DNA from: Eukaryota sp. TZLM1-RC
Taxonomy: Eukaryota > Protista > Metamonada: BaSk clade
Assembly (NCBI GenBank): GCA_040285825.1
Contig: JAUPSS010000006.1
Location: 806,001-870,000 of the forward strand
Length of the DNA: 64,000 nucleotides
Direction: 5' to 3'
The position numbers and the translations under genes were made by a program. Under the pieces are notes generated by a model. The model was given only the letters and a program-made list of their open reading frames with translations, did not search any database and was not told the origin of the DNA. Shown here piece after piece: positions 1 through 12,945 of this stretch (position 1 is its first letter; each line of letters opens with the position of its first letter).

Positions 1-251
1 TGAAGTCCCAACTTCATCTCCTAGACCTGAGTCTGAGGTTCCATCCTCCCATCAACCTCCTTCAGTTCCAACTGTAAGGAGAGTCAGTCAAAATCCTGCC
101 GTTCCAACTTCAGGATCTAAATTCAACAGTAAGTGGAGTTAATAATCTGTCTGTTTCCCCTCTCCAGGCTAGTGATTCCATTCCTAGCACTTCGAACCTT
201 CCTTCGTATCTTTAACTTCTTTATACTTCTTCATATGGGAACAAATCGAAA

Positions 252-353
252 GGAACAAACCAAAAGGAACTCTACGTCATATTGCTCATGTTAACTCAAA
301 GTGGTTTTGAAAACTACTTGAAAGAAAGGAAACTGGTTATATTCACAGACCAC
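252..353 (+). pseudogene. Ty3/Gypsy RNase H fragment (mirror copy about 15421-15522, minus strand)
   Basis: Translates TNQKELYVILLMLTQSGFENYLKERKLVIFTDH, matching the retrotransposon RNase H E-L-x-A-I ... Y-L ... T-D-H pattern. Confidence 0.7.
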
Positions 354-371
354 GGTGGTTGACCCCAAAAA

Positions 372-575
372 ATTGACAAAACTAAACCCTGAATCAAACC
401 AGAACTTATCAATTCACCCAATTACTGGGAACCAAAAGAGTTGTCTCATATTATCGGACGTGATCCAAGCTATTGTTTTTGTTCTTGCAGCAAAGACCAG
501 AACCACAATGATTTGCTATTAACAAATGAAAAGTGTCACACCATTTTGAAGGGACAATTTTTCAAGTCCACATCG
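372..575. repeat. Dispersed repeat of unknown origin; diverged inverted copies at about 7025-7237 and 8630-8750 (segment 770-875 recurs inverted at about 6533-6640)
   Basis: Shared blocks such as CCCAATTACTGG, CGTGATC(C/T)AAGCTATT and GATTTGCTATTAACAAATGA. Confidence 0.8.
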
Positions 576-1342
576 AATACAAAAGAACTAATCAGTTAAC
601 TGCTGGTAACGGTTGCTATAGAAACACCATTCTTACTTTCACAACTATCTTTTAACCGAAATTTCGTGAAGGAATTTTACATGATCTCAAGAATTTTCTT
701 CCGTTATTCGCAAATTATACAGATCCACCATTGAAGTGTGATCTTCATCCTCTGATTCAGCTTGATCGTCATCCAACCTACTTGTTTGAAATTCTTGGTA
801 GTTGTAACCCTCATCACTATATCAATAAGAAAAAAAAACAATTAAATTCGCGATACCAGTCCAGAAATGTTCTCATGATGATACGCCAAAATTTCGATCA
901 CTCTTTTCAGCATCATCAACACATTTTTCTTAAATGTTCTCATCTCTAAGGAGATTTTGGTTCCTTGTTATCTCATTTTCACATACCTGACAAGTCACCC
1001 TCAGTGAAATCGTTCAATGGGCGGTTTGGTTAAACTGTTAGCAGCAGCTAAGCATGACTTTCCCATTTAGGAAAGTGAATCACATCATCAAACGTCGTCT
1101 CCTTCTAATAGATCCTTTTTTCTTTATGTATTGTGCACGAAAAGCAACAGTAATTACTAGAGTTAGTAAGGAATCGTCCTGTGCCCAAAATACTGCTCTA
1201 AATCATGCAGTTTTGCAGTTTCAACTCAGTCGCTCCCTATCTGAACCATACCGGTCGAGAATCTGTCTCCTGCTGAGTGGAAGCACTTAAGCTTTGCGCG
1301 CAGCATATGTAAGCTGATTTTATGTCAGACATGACAATGTAA

Positions 1343-1580
1343 GAAAGAGTATTCATCTACATAGATGACATTATAGTAGCTTCCAACAACTAGAAGGACT
1401 TTTCATCTAGACTAGACCACATCTTCAAGCTCGTTATCGAGTCAGCATTGCTCTCCATAGGTGCTCATTCCAGAACAATGAATAACCCACCAAGGTTAGT
1501 GGCTCAATATTTGAAAACGGCCAACGCCGGATTGATCCTACCAAGACAGAATCAATAACCAAGTTAGCCCCGGCAACCTC
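1343..1580 (+). pseudogene. Ty3/Gypsy reverse transcriptase fragment (copies about 14194-14431 minus and about 26285-26490 plus)
   Basis: RVFIYIDDIIVASNN*KDF...YRVSIALHRCSFQ...GSIFENGQRRIDP. YIDD at 1358-1369. Colinear with ORF 24806-25174. Confidence 0.85.
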
Positions 1581-3480
1581 CCAGAACTTTGATAGGTTTC
1601 CTTGTCCTCAAACTGAACGACCTTTGCTCTTCAGAACCTACAAAAATCCAAAAATATGCAGACTATACAGACACATGTAATCAGATCTTTCTTAACCGTA
1701 ATCAATCTCAAACAGTTAAAAACTGAATGATTGATGATGACTCAGTCGTTTATGTATTTGTGATAAAAGACTCCAAATAAAGAGAATTACTCTCAATATT
1801 TGGTAGAGACTCTGGTTAAAAATAAACAAACAAATACCAGCGAAAAACACAAAATTAAAGTCAAAAATTCAAATGAATTCACCCAATAATACAGAACATT
1901 TAAATAAATTTACCATATATCCCCATTGAATTTAAATTAATTAATGATACTTCAGAAACATAGCATTAATCATGTCCAAATTCGGTTAAAATAACCAAGA
2001 GTAGCAAACGCACTCACTATATCAATAGTGTAAACAGTAGCAAAAAATTAACAAACAACTACATCATCAAAGTCAACATTAGCTTGAACAAGAGTAATAA
2101 GAACTTCAGCGCATGACACAAGGACCGAAAGAGCAAGGGAAAAGGAGCGATTCATTTAAGACCAACAGCAGTAGAAACTTGATAGCAAAATATTAAACGA
2201 GAAGGAAATATATTGAAAGAACTGAAATACGGAAAAAGAGTAGTACAGTTGAAACAAAAAACAACTGATCAAAAATAACAATATCAACATATAAATCTAC
2301 ATTACTATAGAAATATAGGAAAGAGAAGGACAAATAAAAGATCCGATAGGTCGGCCGACATACTGTTCGGTGTTCGAGTCCGACTGTGTGACTTTTAATC
2401 TGGGTCACATAATGATGATCAAATCAGAGTGCTGAACGGTGACAGTAATTGAAGAGGGATGAAATTGCGAGCAGACGATAAGTAAAAGAGAGATGCACTA
2501 CCCACAAGCAAGGAATAGTGACGACAGTTAGAGATTGATCGAGCTTTGATGTCGGATGGAGGACCTAGAAATTGATAGTGTCTAGCCTCAGTCACCCAGA
2601 ACGATAAGGGAAAACGATCCCCGGATCTAGAGTTGTCATTATGAAAGGAGAAGAGGTCTAGTGATGGTGGGAGAAAATCAAATCCGCTGACACAACATTT
2701 GCCCAAAACAAATGGGCATTTACCGAAGAACAAATCTGAATTTTTAAAAAGCAGATAGGCAGGGCAAATAAATTGCATAATCACATACGATTTTTAAACA
2801 CGATGTTTATCCAAACTATATATACCATTTAAGAAATTATATATAAGAAAATATAAGAAAAGAGATATGAAGAAAGAGAATTGAGTTGTGTCCAATCATA
2901 CATTCAAATTCAATCAAGTAGTTTTGATACCAACATGTCACTCTTCGGCAACATTCTTCACATTATTTTACGACCTACGAATTCAACCTTGTTTATTCTG
3001 TCAATAATGTTCAACTTATCATCAGTGACCTAGCACAACTTAAAGAACCTTGGTGAACCTTGGCTTTTACATTCCGAATCCTCCATCAAAGCCGATCGAT
3101 CGGATACTATTGAACCTTAAAACTGTAAACATTACAGATATCCTTTCAAGATATCCTCTAAAACCTTGCCAACCCAACTCTCTTCATAGTTCTTTCAGTT
3201 TTTTCCACGATCTTTGATGAATGTCTCTCCTTCTGTCGATGTGTTCGTGCTTCTCGTACCCAGTAAAGAAACTACTCCTCCCCACTGAATTCTTCTTTTC
3301 CTTCAAGGTTGAGTACAAGGTAACATTCTGTTCTTTTCCATACTTGTCTTTCTGTTTCAACTTCTTTATGCATTTCTTTGGGCTTACCTTGTTAATATCT
3401 TTTGCCACATCTTTATTATTTTTTTAATCCACTGCCGAGAATTGAATCTGGAAATAACATGAAGTGAAGAACATAAATTT

Positions 3481-3590
3481 TGGACTCGATGGGATTGAAC
3501 CCGTGACTAGGGGTTTGTGTCATTTTACAATATCATTCAATCTTTGGTTCAGCCAATGTCAAACTTTGAGATCCAGTTGAGCCTAAAGGT
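3481..3590 (-). repeat. tRNA-like (SINE-head-like) repeat family A, copy 1; part of a direct repeat about 3340-3650 / 19150-19445
   Basis: Minus strand TAGGCTCAA (A-box-like) ... GGGTTCAATCCCATCGAGTCCA (degenerate T-arm/B-box), followed by ORF MAKDINKV. Confidence 0.55.
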
Positions 3591-3796
3591 TAATTTATAA
3601 GTGGATGTGCTAATGATGAACCTCTATTCACCGATGTCAAATCTAATGTTGATTTTGATAATGTAGATGTCATTGAATGTCAATCTGATTCAAATGTTGC
3701 TACTGATTCTGCTACAAAACTGCTTTCATTTATTCTTGATTCAACTGCTAGTGATCATTGTAGGGTACTATTTCTCATCAATATTTTTTGCAATTC

Positions 3797-4035
3797 AGAG
3801 TCTTTACCAAATATTGAGAGTAATTCTCTTTATTTTGAGTCTCTGATCATAAATACATAAACGACTGAGTAGTCATCAATCATTCAGTTTTTCACTGTTT
3901 GAGATTGATTACGGTGAAGAAGGATCTGATTACATGTGTCTGTATAGTCTGCATGTTGTTGGATCTTTGTAGGTTCGATCCCTACATCAAATTTATTTTC
4001 GAATAAATTGAAATTGTTTACTTCAACAGAAACAG
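3797..4035 (+). repeat. Repeat family B containing a tRNA T-arm (3969-3985); other copies about 1633-1815(-), 7343-7420(+), 13960-14141(+), 26542-26722(-)
   Basis: GTAGG-TTCGATC-CCTAC is a perfect T stem-loop. Clear nucleotide similarity between copies. Confidence 0.7.
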
Positions 4036-5909
4036 TTCATGCTCTTGTTCACAATAATTGATGTCAGCAGTAATAATTGTTATTGTAATTGTTACAAGTT
4101 CTTTTTTCCCAAAATTTTAAAATTTTGCTTATATAATCTGTATTGATGAATTGTTCAAATGCTTGAGAAGTAAACATAATTTCGTTCTCTAACATTTTTT
4201 CACCATTTGTTTCAATGAAAAAATTGAGTTTGTGAGTATTGCTGCATACCATACAAACACTGGAATTTTTTGTTTGTATTATATATCAATGTACAACTAG
4301 TAATAAGTAAGAATCAATTTATAAAAACCAAAACTAATACAATCAACAATAACTAAAGTGGACTCTGTTCATTGGCAGGAACAATGTAGACTTTAACACT
4401 TTAGGCAGTTTCAACTTTTTTGGGCTAGGCATAGTTGGAGACGGGAATTTTAACTGTGTGTTCTGACGATCATTTCGATGGACATGCACTTCTACGAGAC
4501 TAGAATACATCTCGCTAATGGTGTCATTCATTTTCACCAATATCTCATTATGCATTTTCATCAATTCCATGATTAGTTCTATAGTTAACACACCTAATAA
4601 TTCAGTACTGACAATTTTTTGAGAATTTGTTGGGTCAGAGGACTGAGAAGAATTATTTTCCGATTGTCAATCAGCACAAGGCAAAGAGACCTATGTTTTT
4701 GTACTGTGCTCGGCAGGTTCTGATTCGGTAACAGGTTATTTTGTACAGGACATCGGTACAAATTATTATCGTGAGGCACAGACACTGGGTTCAAAGCTGC
4801 CTCTATTATCTATATATTTTAATTTTTCAACTATTTTTTAAATTATTGAGAATAGCCAAGGGAATATCAGGCTAGATATCGTTGAGGTAGATAAAACAGT
4901 AGTCGTAAAGGATAAGTTTTCACTGAGTGATAGACTATAACAACTAATGGATCATAACACATACCCATAGAGTTCTATCGGAAATTATGTTCTTTGACTG
5001 AGCAGATTGGTCAAGCACATAGCACCAAACTAGAAGAACTGAAAATCACATGAAAATCAGCCACATTCCTGAGCAGAACCAAATAATGAAAAGATTTCAG
5101 CAAAAACATTCAATAATTTGGGTTCTCGGAAATATGACATTGCATGCAAAAATTGAAAAGAATGGTAACAAGTATTGAACGGAATCACCATTTGCATAAA
5201 TGGTGTAGTTAATAAATTTGGATTTATTAAAAAAGCCGATAAGGGTTGATCAGAAGCTCTTTGGTTTCATTTAGCTTTGTGAAATAAGCTTCTGCTTCTT
5301 TAGTCAAGCTGCAGAAGCATAGAGACCAACTGGACCATGGAGAGAGAGAGTGCTTTTCATCGCATCAGGGCAGTAATCTTCTAAAGAAAATGACATATGC
5401 AGGCCATTTTAAAAGATTAGTGACCGCAGACTCTATATTGCTGGGAAGTCGTTTGTTTCTCACTGAATTTTCGTATTAATTTTCACCACCACCAATATAG
5501 GTGTTGGCTGTCATATTGAGCCAATGCACCAAGATATGCTGGTGTATTTGTTGATACCATTGGAAAATTGACTCATCTGGCTGATTCCTTTGAAGTACAC
5601 AGTCGGCGTACTTCCTGGGCCAGAAGCAATTTAGAAACTGAGCAAAGCTCCTAAAAAATATTGCGTTTCAAGACAACAGGTCAGCGAGCAACTAAAAAAA
5701 GGCTCCTCGCAGTTGAATTGCTCGACTGCGAAGAAGCGTGGAACTAGGACTTCAAGTTTCGGTGTGCTTTTTGTGTTTATCGAAATAAGGTATCAATTAC
5801 CTTTTTCGACACTTTATTGAATTGTTGAACCTTAGTTGAGCTGGTGGCTCCAAAAAAAGTGTGTTTGGCATGTCAATGTGTCAAGCGCAAAACACTAAAC
5901 GAAAAGTGT

Positions 5910-6046
5910 TGCATGAAAATCAGCCACATCCTTGAGCAGAATCGAGTTAAGAAATAATTTTAGCAAAAAATCTTGATTTTCAGAATACTGTGAAATATGA
6001 CACTGAATGCAAAAGTTGAAAAGAACAGTTACAGGGATTGAACGGT
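5910..6046 (-). pseudogene. Fragment of an unidentified multicopy protein family (other copies about 5050-5182 minus and about 33970-34105 plus)
   Basis: DRSIPVTVLFNFCIQC...DVADFH vs DCSIPFTVLFNFCIHC...YVSDFH, plus nucleotide similarity with 5050-5182. Confidence 0.55.
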
Positions 6047-7907
6047 CTAAAGCCCAAATTTGCATGATCAAAGGCAAAAGAGTTTCAAATATCTGTGAAG
6101 AATAAACCTCTCGGCTGTCATCCTTCACTGTTCTAAAAAACATGCAATGAATGTTTCTGTAGTTTGAATAGAGGAAATATCCGGTGATTAATAAAGATAT
6201 CAACAAGCATAAACTGTTCTTCTGTTATTCCGGCTCACCAGGGCGTTGTACTTAGCAGTTAGAGAAGCTAGAAGAGCCATCCTATGGGACAGCAAAACAA
6301 TTATTGATGAGGACGTCCATTCTTTCATTAGTGAATTTCAGCTTATCAGGGGGCAAGTAGCGGAACTTCTTCGATACTACTTTTGTCTCATCATAAAAAC
6401 AGAATCTCATCGGAGGAAATTCAGTTCCTCTAGTGGCGGGAACTTTGAAAATACTTTGGGATTCTCAAACAGCAAATCTTTGAAGGTCACGTTTAGATTT
6501 CCGGAAGGTCACATTTAGTTTTGGCTGGCAATTGAGAACATTTCTGGACTGGTATTACGAATATAATTGTATTTCCTCCTTCTCATTGATATAGTGATAA
6601 GGGTTACAACTACCAATTATTTCGAATAAGTAGGTTAAGATAATGTTAATCAATTTTAGTTGAAATGGCATCTTATCAACTGTCAATGACGTCTACTACT
6701 TTAATCAAATGCTGTTTGAATGGCTGTTAATCTCTCTACATCTTTACCCACTTCTGCTTTTCCCTCACTATTTTTATTGCTTTACATGTTAAAGTAGTGT
6801 TGGCACTATCATAGCCCAATTGTTTTCGTAAATTATCTATACAGTGACTTCTCTCACCATCAGTTCTTCTGAATGCACCATATTGATGTATAAAAGTTTT
6901 TCTCATTGTATCTATGGCAATTTATTTGCTTATTTCGGAACTATCAAAACTTTTCAAACAAAGTTTCAGAAATCTAAAGCATTTATTTCAATAGTCTATT
7001 TCATTGATTTGTTCTTTTATATTAGATGTGGAATTCGTCCATGTCGTTGAAAAATTGTCCCTTTAAAATTGAGTGAAATTTCTCATTTGTTAATAGCAAA
7101 TCATTGTGCTTTGGTCTTCGTGGCAAGAACAACAACAATAGCTTGGATCACGTCGAATAATATCAGACAACTCTTTTGGTTGCCAGTAATTGGGTAAATT
7201 GATAAACTCTGGTTTGATTGAGGGATTAACTTCGTCATCTGGATTGTCTATTAGCATCACGATGAGTTACTGAATGAGGATCAACAGAATATTGTTGGGC
7301 AATATTTGTACAAATTTTTTAGCAATATTCAAATCTTCTTGCTTTTGGATCTTTGTAGGTTTAATTCGTACATCAACTTTATTTTCGAATTAATCTGAAA
7401 TTGTTTACCTCAACAGAAAATGTTAAATGTTCCACTTTTTCACAGTATACTGATGTGCTGTGATGCCTTATCCATATATGATAACGGTTTAAGAAAAGTA
7501 TTGAGCTAAGTTTTCTAACATCTTTCTTTCCTGCAGGAAATTCGTCAATCCAGATTGCGTAGGTGTTGACTAGTTGATTGTTAGTTGTTTTGTTAATCTT
7601 CTGTAAGAATAATCTAAAAGGGTAAACAATTGAGGGCTGCCCATGGGTTCCAAGCATTGCGGTTAACAGTCTTATAAAAAATACAAATTGTTGGATGAGT
7701 GTGTTACAATTATCTCTGCAGATTTCCCATTACTTTCGGGTGGTGTTGTGGCTGATATGGCCACTGTTTGAACATTTGGCAGTCTGGGTTTGGTCATTCA
7801 TTGATGGAGTGGCCAGGATTACCACAGAATCTACAAAGACCAACCCTATCTCTTTCGTTTAAATAATTTTACGAAACCTAACCCACCGAAGTGGATCCAA
7901 CATGTAT

Positions 7908-8058
7908 TGATGATCTAGATGGGTTAGACATAAGTATACCTGAATGTAATGAGATTTATCATGAGGGAATGAGGATTTACCCCAATTTCAGCGCATGGGC
8001 GCATTTGTACAATAATTTACAATTAAACTAGTAATGCAAATATTATCCAAGGCTAACA
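7908..8058 (-). mobile_element. Short LTR (TGTTAG...CATCA, 151 bp) of the compact Gypsy-like family
   Basis: Similar to 20655-20823, 21970-22116 and 16264 onward. TG...CA ends and internal ATGTCTAAC. Confidence 0.75.
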
Positions 8059-8299
8059 CAGGGATGGATTCATCTTCTTGGATCTGGAGGTTTCTCTTAG
8101 ATATGTTATGAAGTACGTAGTCGTGGGTCACGTTTGATAGCCAGAAGCGGAAAAAGCGATTGGATGATTCGCAAAAGTTATGTAGATACACTATGTACCC
8201 TCCAACATGCATGCTCCTGTGATATACTCTATTTTTGTTTTGCATCAAAGTAAATCAGACGATGAAGAACATACTTCATGGGTGGATCTGTTTATTTTC

Positions 8300-8470
8300 T
8301 AAGTACTTTAATTACCCGGGGTTTAAGACATACAGGAAAAACCAAAAGTCAATGTCCTTGTTTGCATGGTCTAAATCGTCTACTAATTAGTTATGATTGA
8401 TAAAATACCTCAATTGTATTACAACGGTTCATACCAAGAGAACAATCACAAAATAGGCAAATCAAAACCA
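8300..8470. repeat. Dispersed direct repeat (partner about 20457-20630)
   Basis: Shared GGGGTTT(A/C)AGACATA, AAAAGTCAA(T/A)GTCCTT, AAATACCTCAA and GAGAACAAT. Confidence 0.75.
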
Positions 8471-10165
8471 AACAACGAGAATGCTGAATGTTTAATCCTT
8501 TCACTGTTTAATGGAATCAAAGACTCCGTTTGTTACATCTGAAAAAATTAAAGTGAAAGCCTTCAATATGGCAAAATGATTTGCTTCGGCTTGAGTGCGA
8601 ATGCGCAAGTCCAATGTTATATTAACAACAACAAAACAAGAACATCAAAAATAGCTTAGATCACGTCGAATGATATCAAACAACTGTTTTGCTTCCCAGT
8701 AATTGGGTAAATTGATGAAGCTTGGTTTGATTGAGGGATTAGTTTTGTCATATTTTCAACATATTACTTTTTTATAACACTCAGCTTCTACAGCTGTGCC
8801 GAGATTTCAACTGATTGGTCCATTTCTAACTGATGCAAGTTTATCATGCGTAAAATTTAATAGAGAAGTGACCCTGCATCAAGGGATGGAGCAAAAAGTG
8901 CACATAGTTGTAGCAGTGCTGATCCTTGCTGGTAAACAGCTAAACTACTGTGTTATTTTGCTTTGAGGTCGAAATTGGTATGGAAACCAAATTCGAAATC
9001 AATGAGAGCAATTTGTGGAATTTGAGCACAATGGAGTGATCCTCTCCACAAGTTGCTTTGAGAATGAATATCGCTATTACAGATGGTTCGCTGATAAAGG
9101 AAAGCTATACATCGAAATAGAAGTGAAACAAAATGCCATTGGACGTAATTGGGAAATGTGAACAGAATATCAAAATTTTGAAAGAGAAGTCGGGTCTTAC
9201 ACAACTTATGTTGATCTAGTGGATTTCGTGCACATGAATTTCGCATTAAAAACCGAAACAAGAAGTTTATCAATGTAACATGGAAAACTAATGACAAAGA
9301 ACAATAATCTAATTGAACCAATGACACGTCATCAACTCACTACTCAAAATGGTTATAGGTGTTGCGAAAACTGGAGGTTCTTGTCACGGAACAATGTCCA
9401 TTTACGAAACGACGACCAAATAATACTTTGAATATCATCAGTTGATTGCTTTTTCAATTCTGTTAGCATATTTTGAATTGGCCAATTTTCCCCCCACAAG
9501 ACTCAAAAAAAGCCAGAAATTCAAATATACTGAATGCCGATTTTTTTTACTCATCACAAAGTTATAGATCTTATCATAATCTTCAAGCTCGAGTGCCAAC
9601 TTTATAGACATAGAATAAACCGAAAAATAAGCAGTAAGGTATGTTGGCAAGTCAACCAATTTTCATAAAAAATTTAGTTTATCAACTGTGGACTTGTTGG
9701 ATTCAGTGATGGGTATCTTTGGATCAAAATGTGTTCACTGGTTTCAAAAGATTTTTCAATTCAGGAACAAAATTATCAAGGAAAATTGTAATTTCCTCAA
9801 TGGTTACTCATCAGCGACATAATCACTATTGTTAAACGGCAACACCAAATATCACCCATCTCACTTGACAATGTTGGTCGTTCTTTGATTGAAATCGAAT
9901 ATTGTTCTCGATTAAGACTGTCAGTTAAATAACGTGAAGCATTTTGGGAAACATAACGACAAAACTTTTAAGCAATTAGTACACATCGACAATGATGAAA
10001 ATCCAGCGACTCAAATTGCTTTTTCAGATTAACAAAATTTTCACCCAAAGCATTGATTTCAGCGGAAGCTTCAACATGAGGTCTTCTGTAGCGTCTTACC
10101 AAGAGATATAAACAATGTTGAAGTAATTGAAGGACCACTTTTTTATGACAAAATTCATCAACGAC

Positions 10166-10990
10166 CTATGGTAGAAAATACACAACAGGACAAATTGAGC
10201 GATAATCGTTCACCTCTGCCTTGACAAATTTTTCCGCCACAGCGTGGATCATAAACCAAGAAGGTTTTCCCTCGTCAACATTGGATGAAACACTACTCAC
10301 AGTGAGACTGGAGCGCTGTTTTGTACGGGATAAGCATACCAGAGTCTCCAAAAACGGACGATGAAATTCATCAAAAAGTTCATCTGCAATTTGCGGAGAT
10401 CGATTACCTACAGCAATTGTCATAACAGCAGAAAGTTTGAGAAACATTTTATCAATATTATAACGAGAAGAACCAAATTTTCGACTAATTTCTGATACTG
10501 CTTTGGATAACTTTAAAAAATTTCCAAGAAGATTTAATGTTCCCAGAGCCAAAAATGATGTCTGATAACAGTGTTGTTCAGGAACTTTTCTGATGCAGCT
10601 TTCAACAAAATTGTTGATGGATGCTACAAAATGTTTTCCGAGACGATTATGGTCAAAGGTGAATTTTTCTATGGAGAAAAAGTTTTACTTCAATATTGCA
10701 TTTCCTTGTTTACATTCATTGAAATTAGTATTAGGACAAAAACAAAATCTTCACAGCGACCTCGAATGCGTTCCGTGAATTTGGGCATATTGAAATTAAC
10801 GTTGTCCAGAAAGAGAACAATCATCTTCTTTGCATTTTTTCCGATTTAAATAAGTGTTTCAGAAAAATCATCAAGTCTAGCGACATTCCCACATGTATGA
10901 GCAGAATAACAAGGAAAATTAGGCCTGGTTGATAAGTCCCACAAAATATGCATCACTGCTGTAGAACTTCCTGTCGTGGGTGACATTGAC
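10166..10990 (-). pseudogene. Degraded ORF, possibly a P-loop NTPase
   Basis: Minus frame gives MSPTTGSST (Walker-A-like) and KMIVLFLDNV (Walker-B-like) with stops; a 128-aa ORF follows downstream. Confidence 0.25.
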
Positions 10991-11699
10991 AAGAATTTTC
11001 GTGCCCGCGGGTCGCGGCTGGATATTCAAATAATGATTTTCAAAATGAAAGAATTCATGAAGAACAACTTTACTTGTGAAAAATAAATGTTATAATTGTT
11101 TTACGTGTGACAAAATTCAAAATATAATTCAAAATTTAAAAAAGTGTGGCATAAATAATATTATTAAAAATTTCCATATACTAACCACAAACACTAGATA
11201 CATAATGAAATAGGATTGATTATGAGCAACATATTTATAACCACCAGGAAAATCAGGGGTAAAACTTTTTATTAGCCTAGGTATGACGTACCGTACCACA
11301 TATGCTACAAGTAAAAGTTCTTCTCTTCCTTGAAGAACAAGATAAAAAAGGCCTGGCAGCAAAAGGTACTTGGACAAGTGAGGAATGTGCACTTTGGGTT
11401 AGTCAAGTGGTGATATTTTTCAAACTACATGCTTCAGTAATGCCGTACAAGGCTACGTTTTCCAATCCTAAACGATTTGCTTTGTCATCATCAAATAAAT
11501 TGAGTTAAGTTGATTTTAAATTAAATTTAATAATAAACGTGTCGTTGGTTTTTTGCCCCAAAAAACAAAAATGTAGCCAAAAAATTAGTATCGTTAATTT
11601 TTTTCATATCTTTTTGTTTATACTCACAAAAACAAACTACACGACCAGAATAACTTTCTATTTCTTCATAACCCAAATTAGCCAAGAAATATTGACTGC

Positions 11700-12060
11700 A
11701 AGTTTTTCTTTCATAAAAGCGTCCAAGAGATAACAAAGCTGAAGATATTAAGGGAACAACCCATTTGAAAATTGAAAATACAATTCTGTTACCAAAAACT
11801 CTTTCAGTACGTTGTTCTACAATTTCAACAAAATTATCCAGAAAAGATAAAGCATGAGGTCCAAGCGTTCCATGAAGGGAAACTACAAATTGGTGATGAC
11901 AAAATGAGTATGCGAACCTGCATTCAAGGATAACAATTTAACTGTATATTTGTCAATTTTGGCTTTTTCGGAAACAGTTAAGGGCTTCCTACATTTTGAT
12001 TGAGCCATTGGAATAAAAAGAATCATTACATACATTAGTAGCTCTCACATCTGGAATAAT
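11700..12060 (-). mobile_element. RLE non-LTR retrotransposon 3' fragment
   Basis: DVRATNVCN...SEKAKIDKY...SLHGTLGPHALSFLDNF...NRIVFSIFK, frameshifted. Confidence 0.8.
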
Positions 12061-12945
12061 GGCGTATACCAAAAACCTATACATGTTATATATAATAATA
12101 AATATATGAATTATTATATTATAAAAATTATGTATATAACTGATCACCTTATAAAAATGTATCATCGAGCTGGCTTTACTAGAAGTCAGGACAATGACAA
12201 ATTATATGCCAAATAAATGTAAATATCTGGACTATAAAGCTCAAGTTCACCTCTGGCACACATTGTTTCGTATTTGGTGTTTTAAAATCCACCAAACAAT
12301 ATCAGTTATTGATTGAATAAATAAGATTGATTATTTTTTTATGATCCAGTAACAGAAACTATAGGAATCATTACTAATTTTTCTCTGACATTTCTAATTA
12401 ACCAAGTGAATTTATCAGTCCTTTTTGTATGATAAGGACAAGGGAGTGAGTCTATATTTTCAAACTTAAAAAGTCATCGTACATGCTTATAAATGAAAAA
12501 CATTTTCTGTTGACTGACAGACACAAGGTTTTCTTTGCTATTTCTTTGCTATTTCATTCATACAACAATTAAACAATACGCTTAATTCAAACACAACAAA
12601 ATACTGAACAAGTATTCAGACCAAACACATCACCATGGGAAAACAACATGGCCTACCGCCGTATTTTATAAAACAATGTAGAATATATCTAAAGTTCTAC
12701 ATTATTCTCATTGCTTCTACATTTAATTAAATATTTCACAATAACGACCGTTCTTGATGCTCACACAATAGGCGTGGTCTTTTGGTTTTTGTATTTCCCA
12801 AACAACAGTTTAAACTATGTTGCTTTGGCAAAAATTCACTTGTGGGAAGCGCAGAAGTAGAGGAGAACCAAGTGGAAATAAGAAATGAGGATTACTATTA
12901 AACCTTTAAGCATAATAACTTGGTATTATGCCAAACAAACGCTGC

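Larger units (their letters stand above)
1..2828 (+). repeat. Left arm of a 2.83-kb inverted repeat (partner 12946-15773); probably continues past the window edge
   Basis: Position x pairs with 15774-x. ORFs 731-949 and 1054-1290 translate identically to 14825-15043 and 14484-14720. Homology ends at TATACCAT 2828 / ATGGTATA 12946. Confidence 0.97.

Noticed and set aside
2193-2784. Hydrophobic ORFs repeated three times, as a membrane-protein family
   Set aside because: Non-ATG starts, differing stop positions and many non-synonymous differences; explained by T-rich duplicated DNA.
6246-6340. Histone-fold-like snippet (EARRAILWDSKTIIDEDV)
   Set aside because: Too short, with no supporting upstream helices or ATG.
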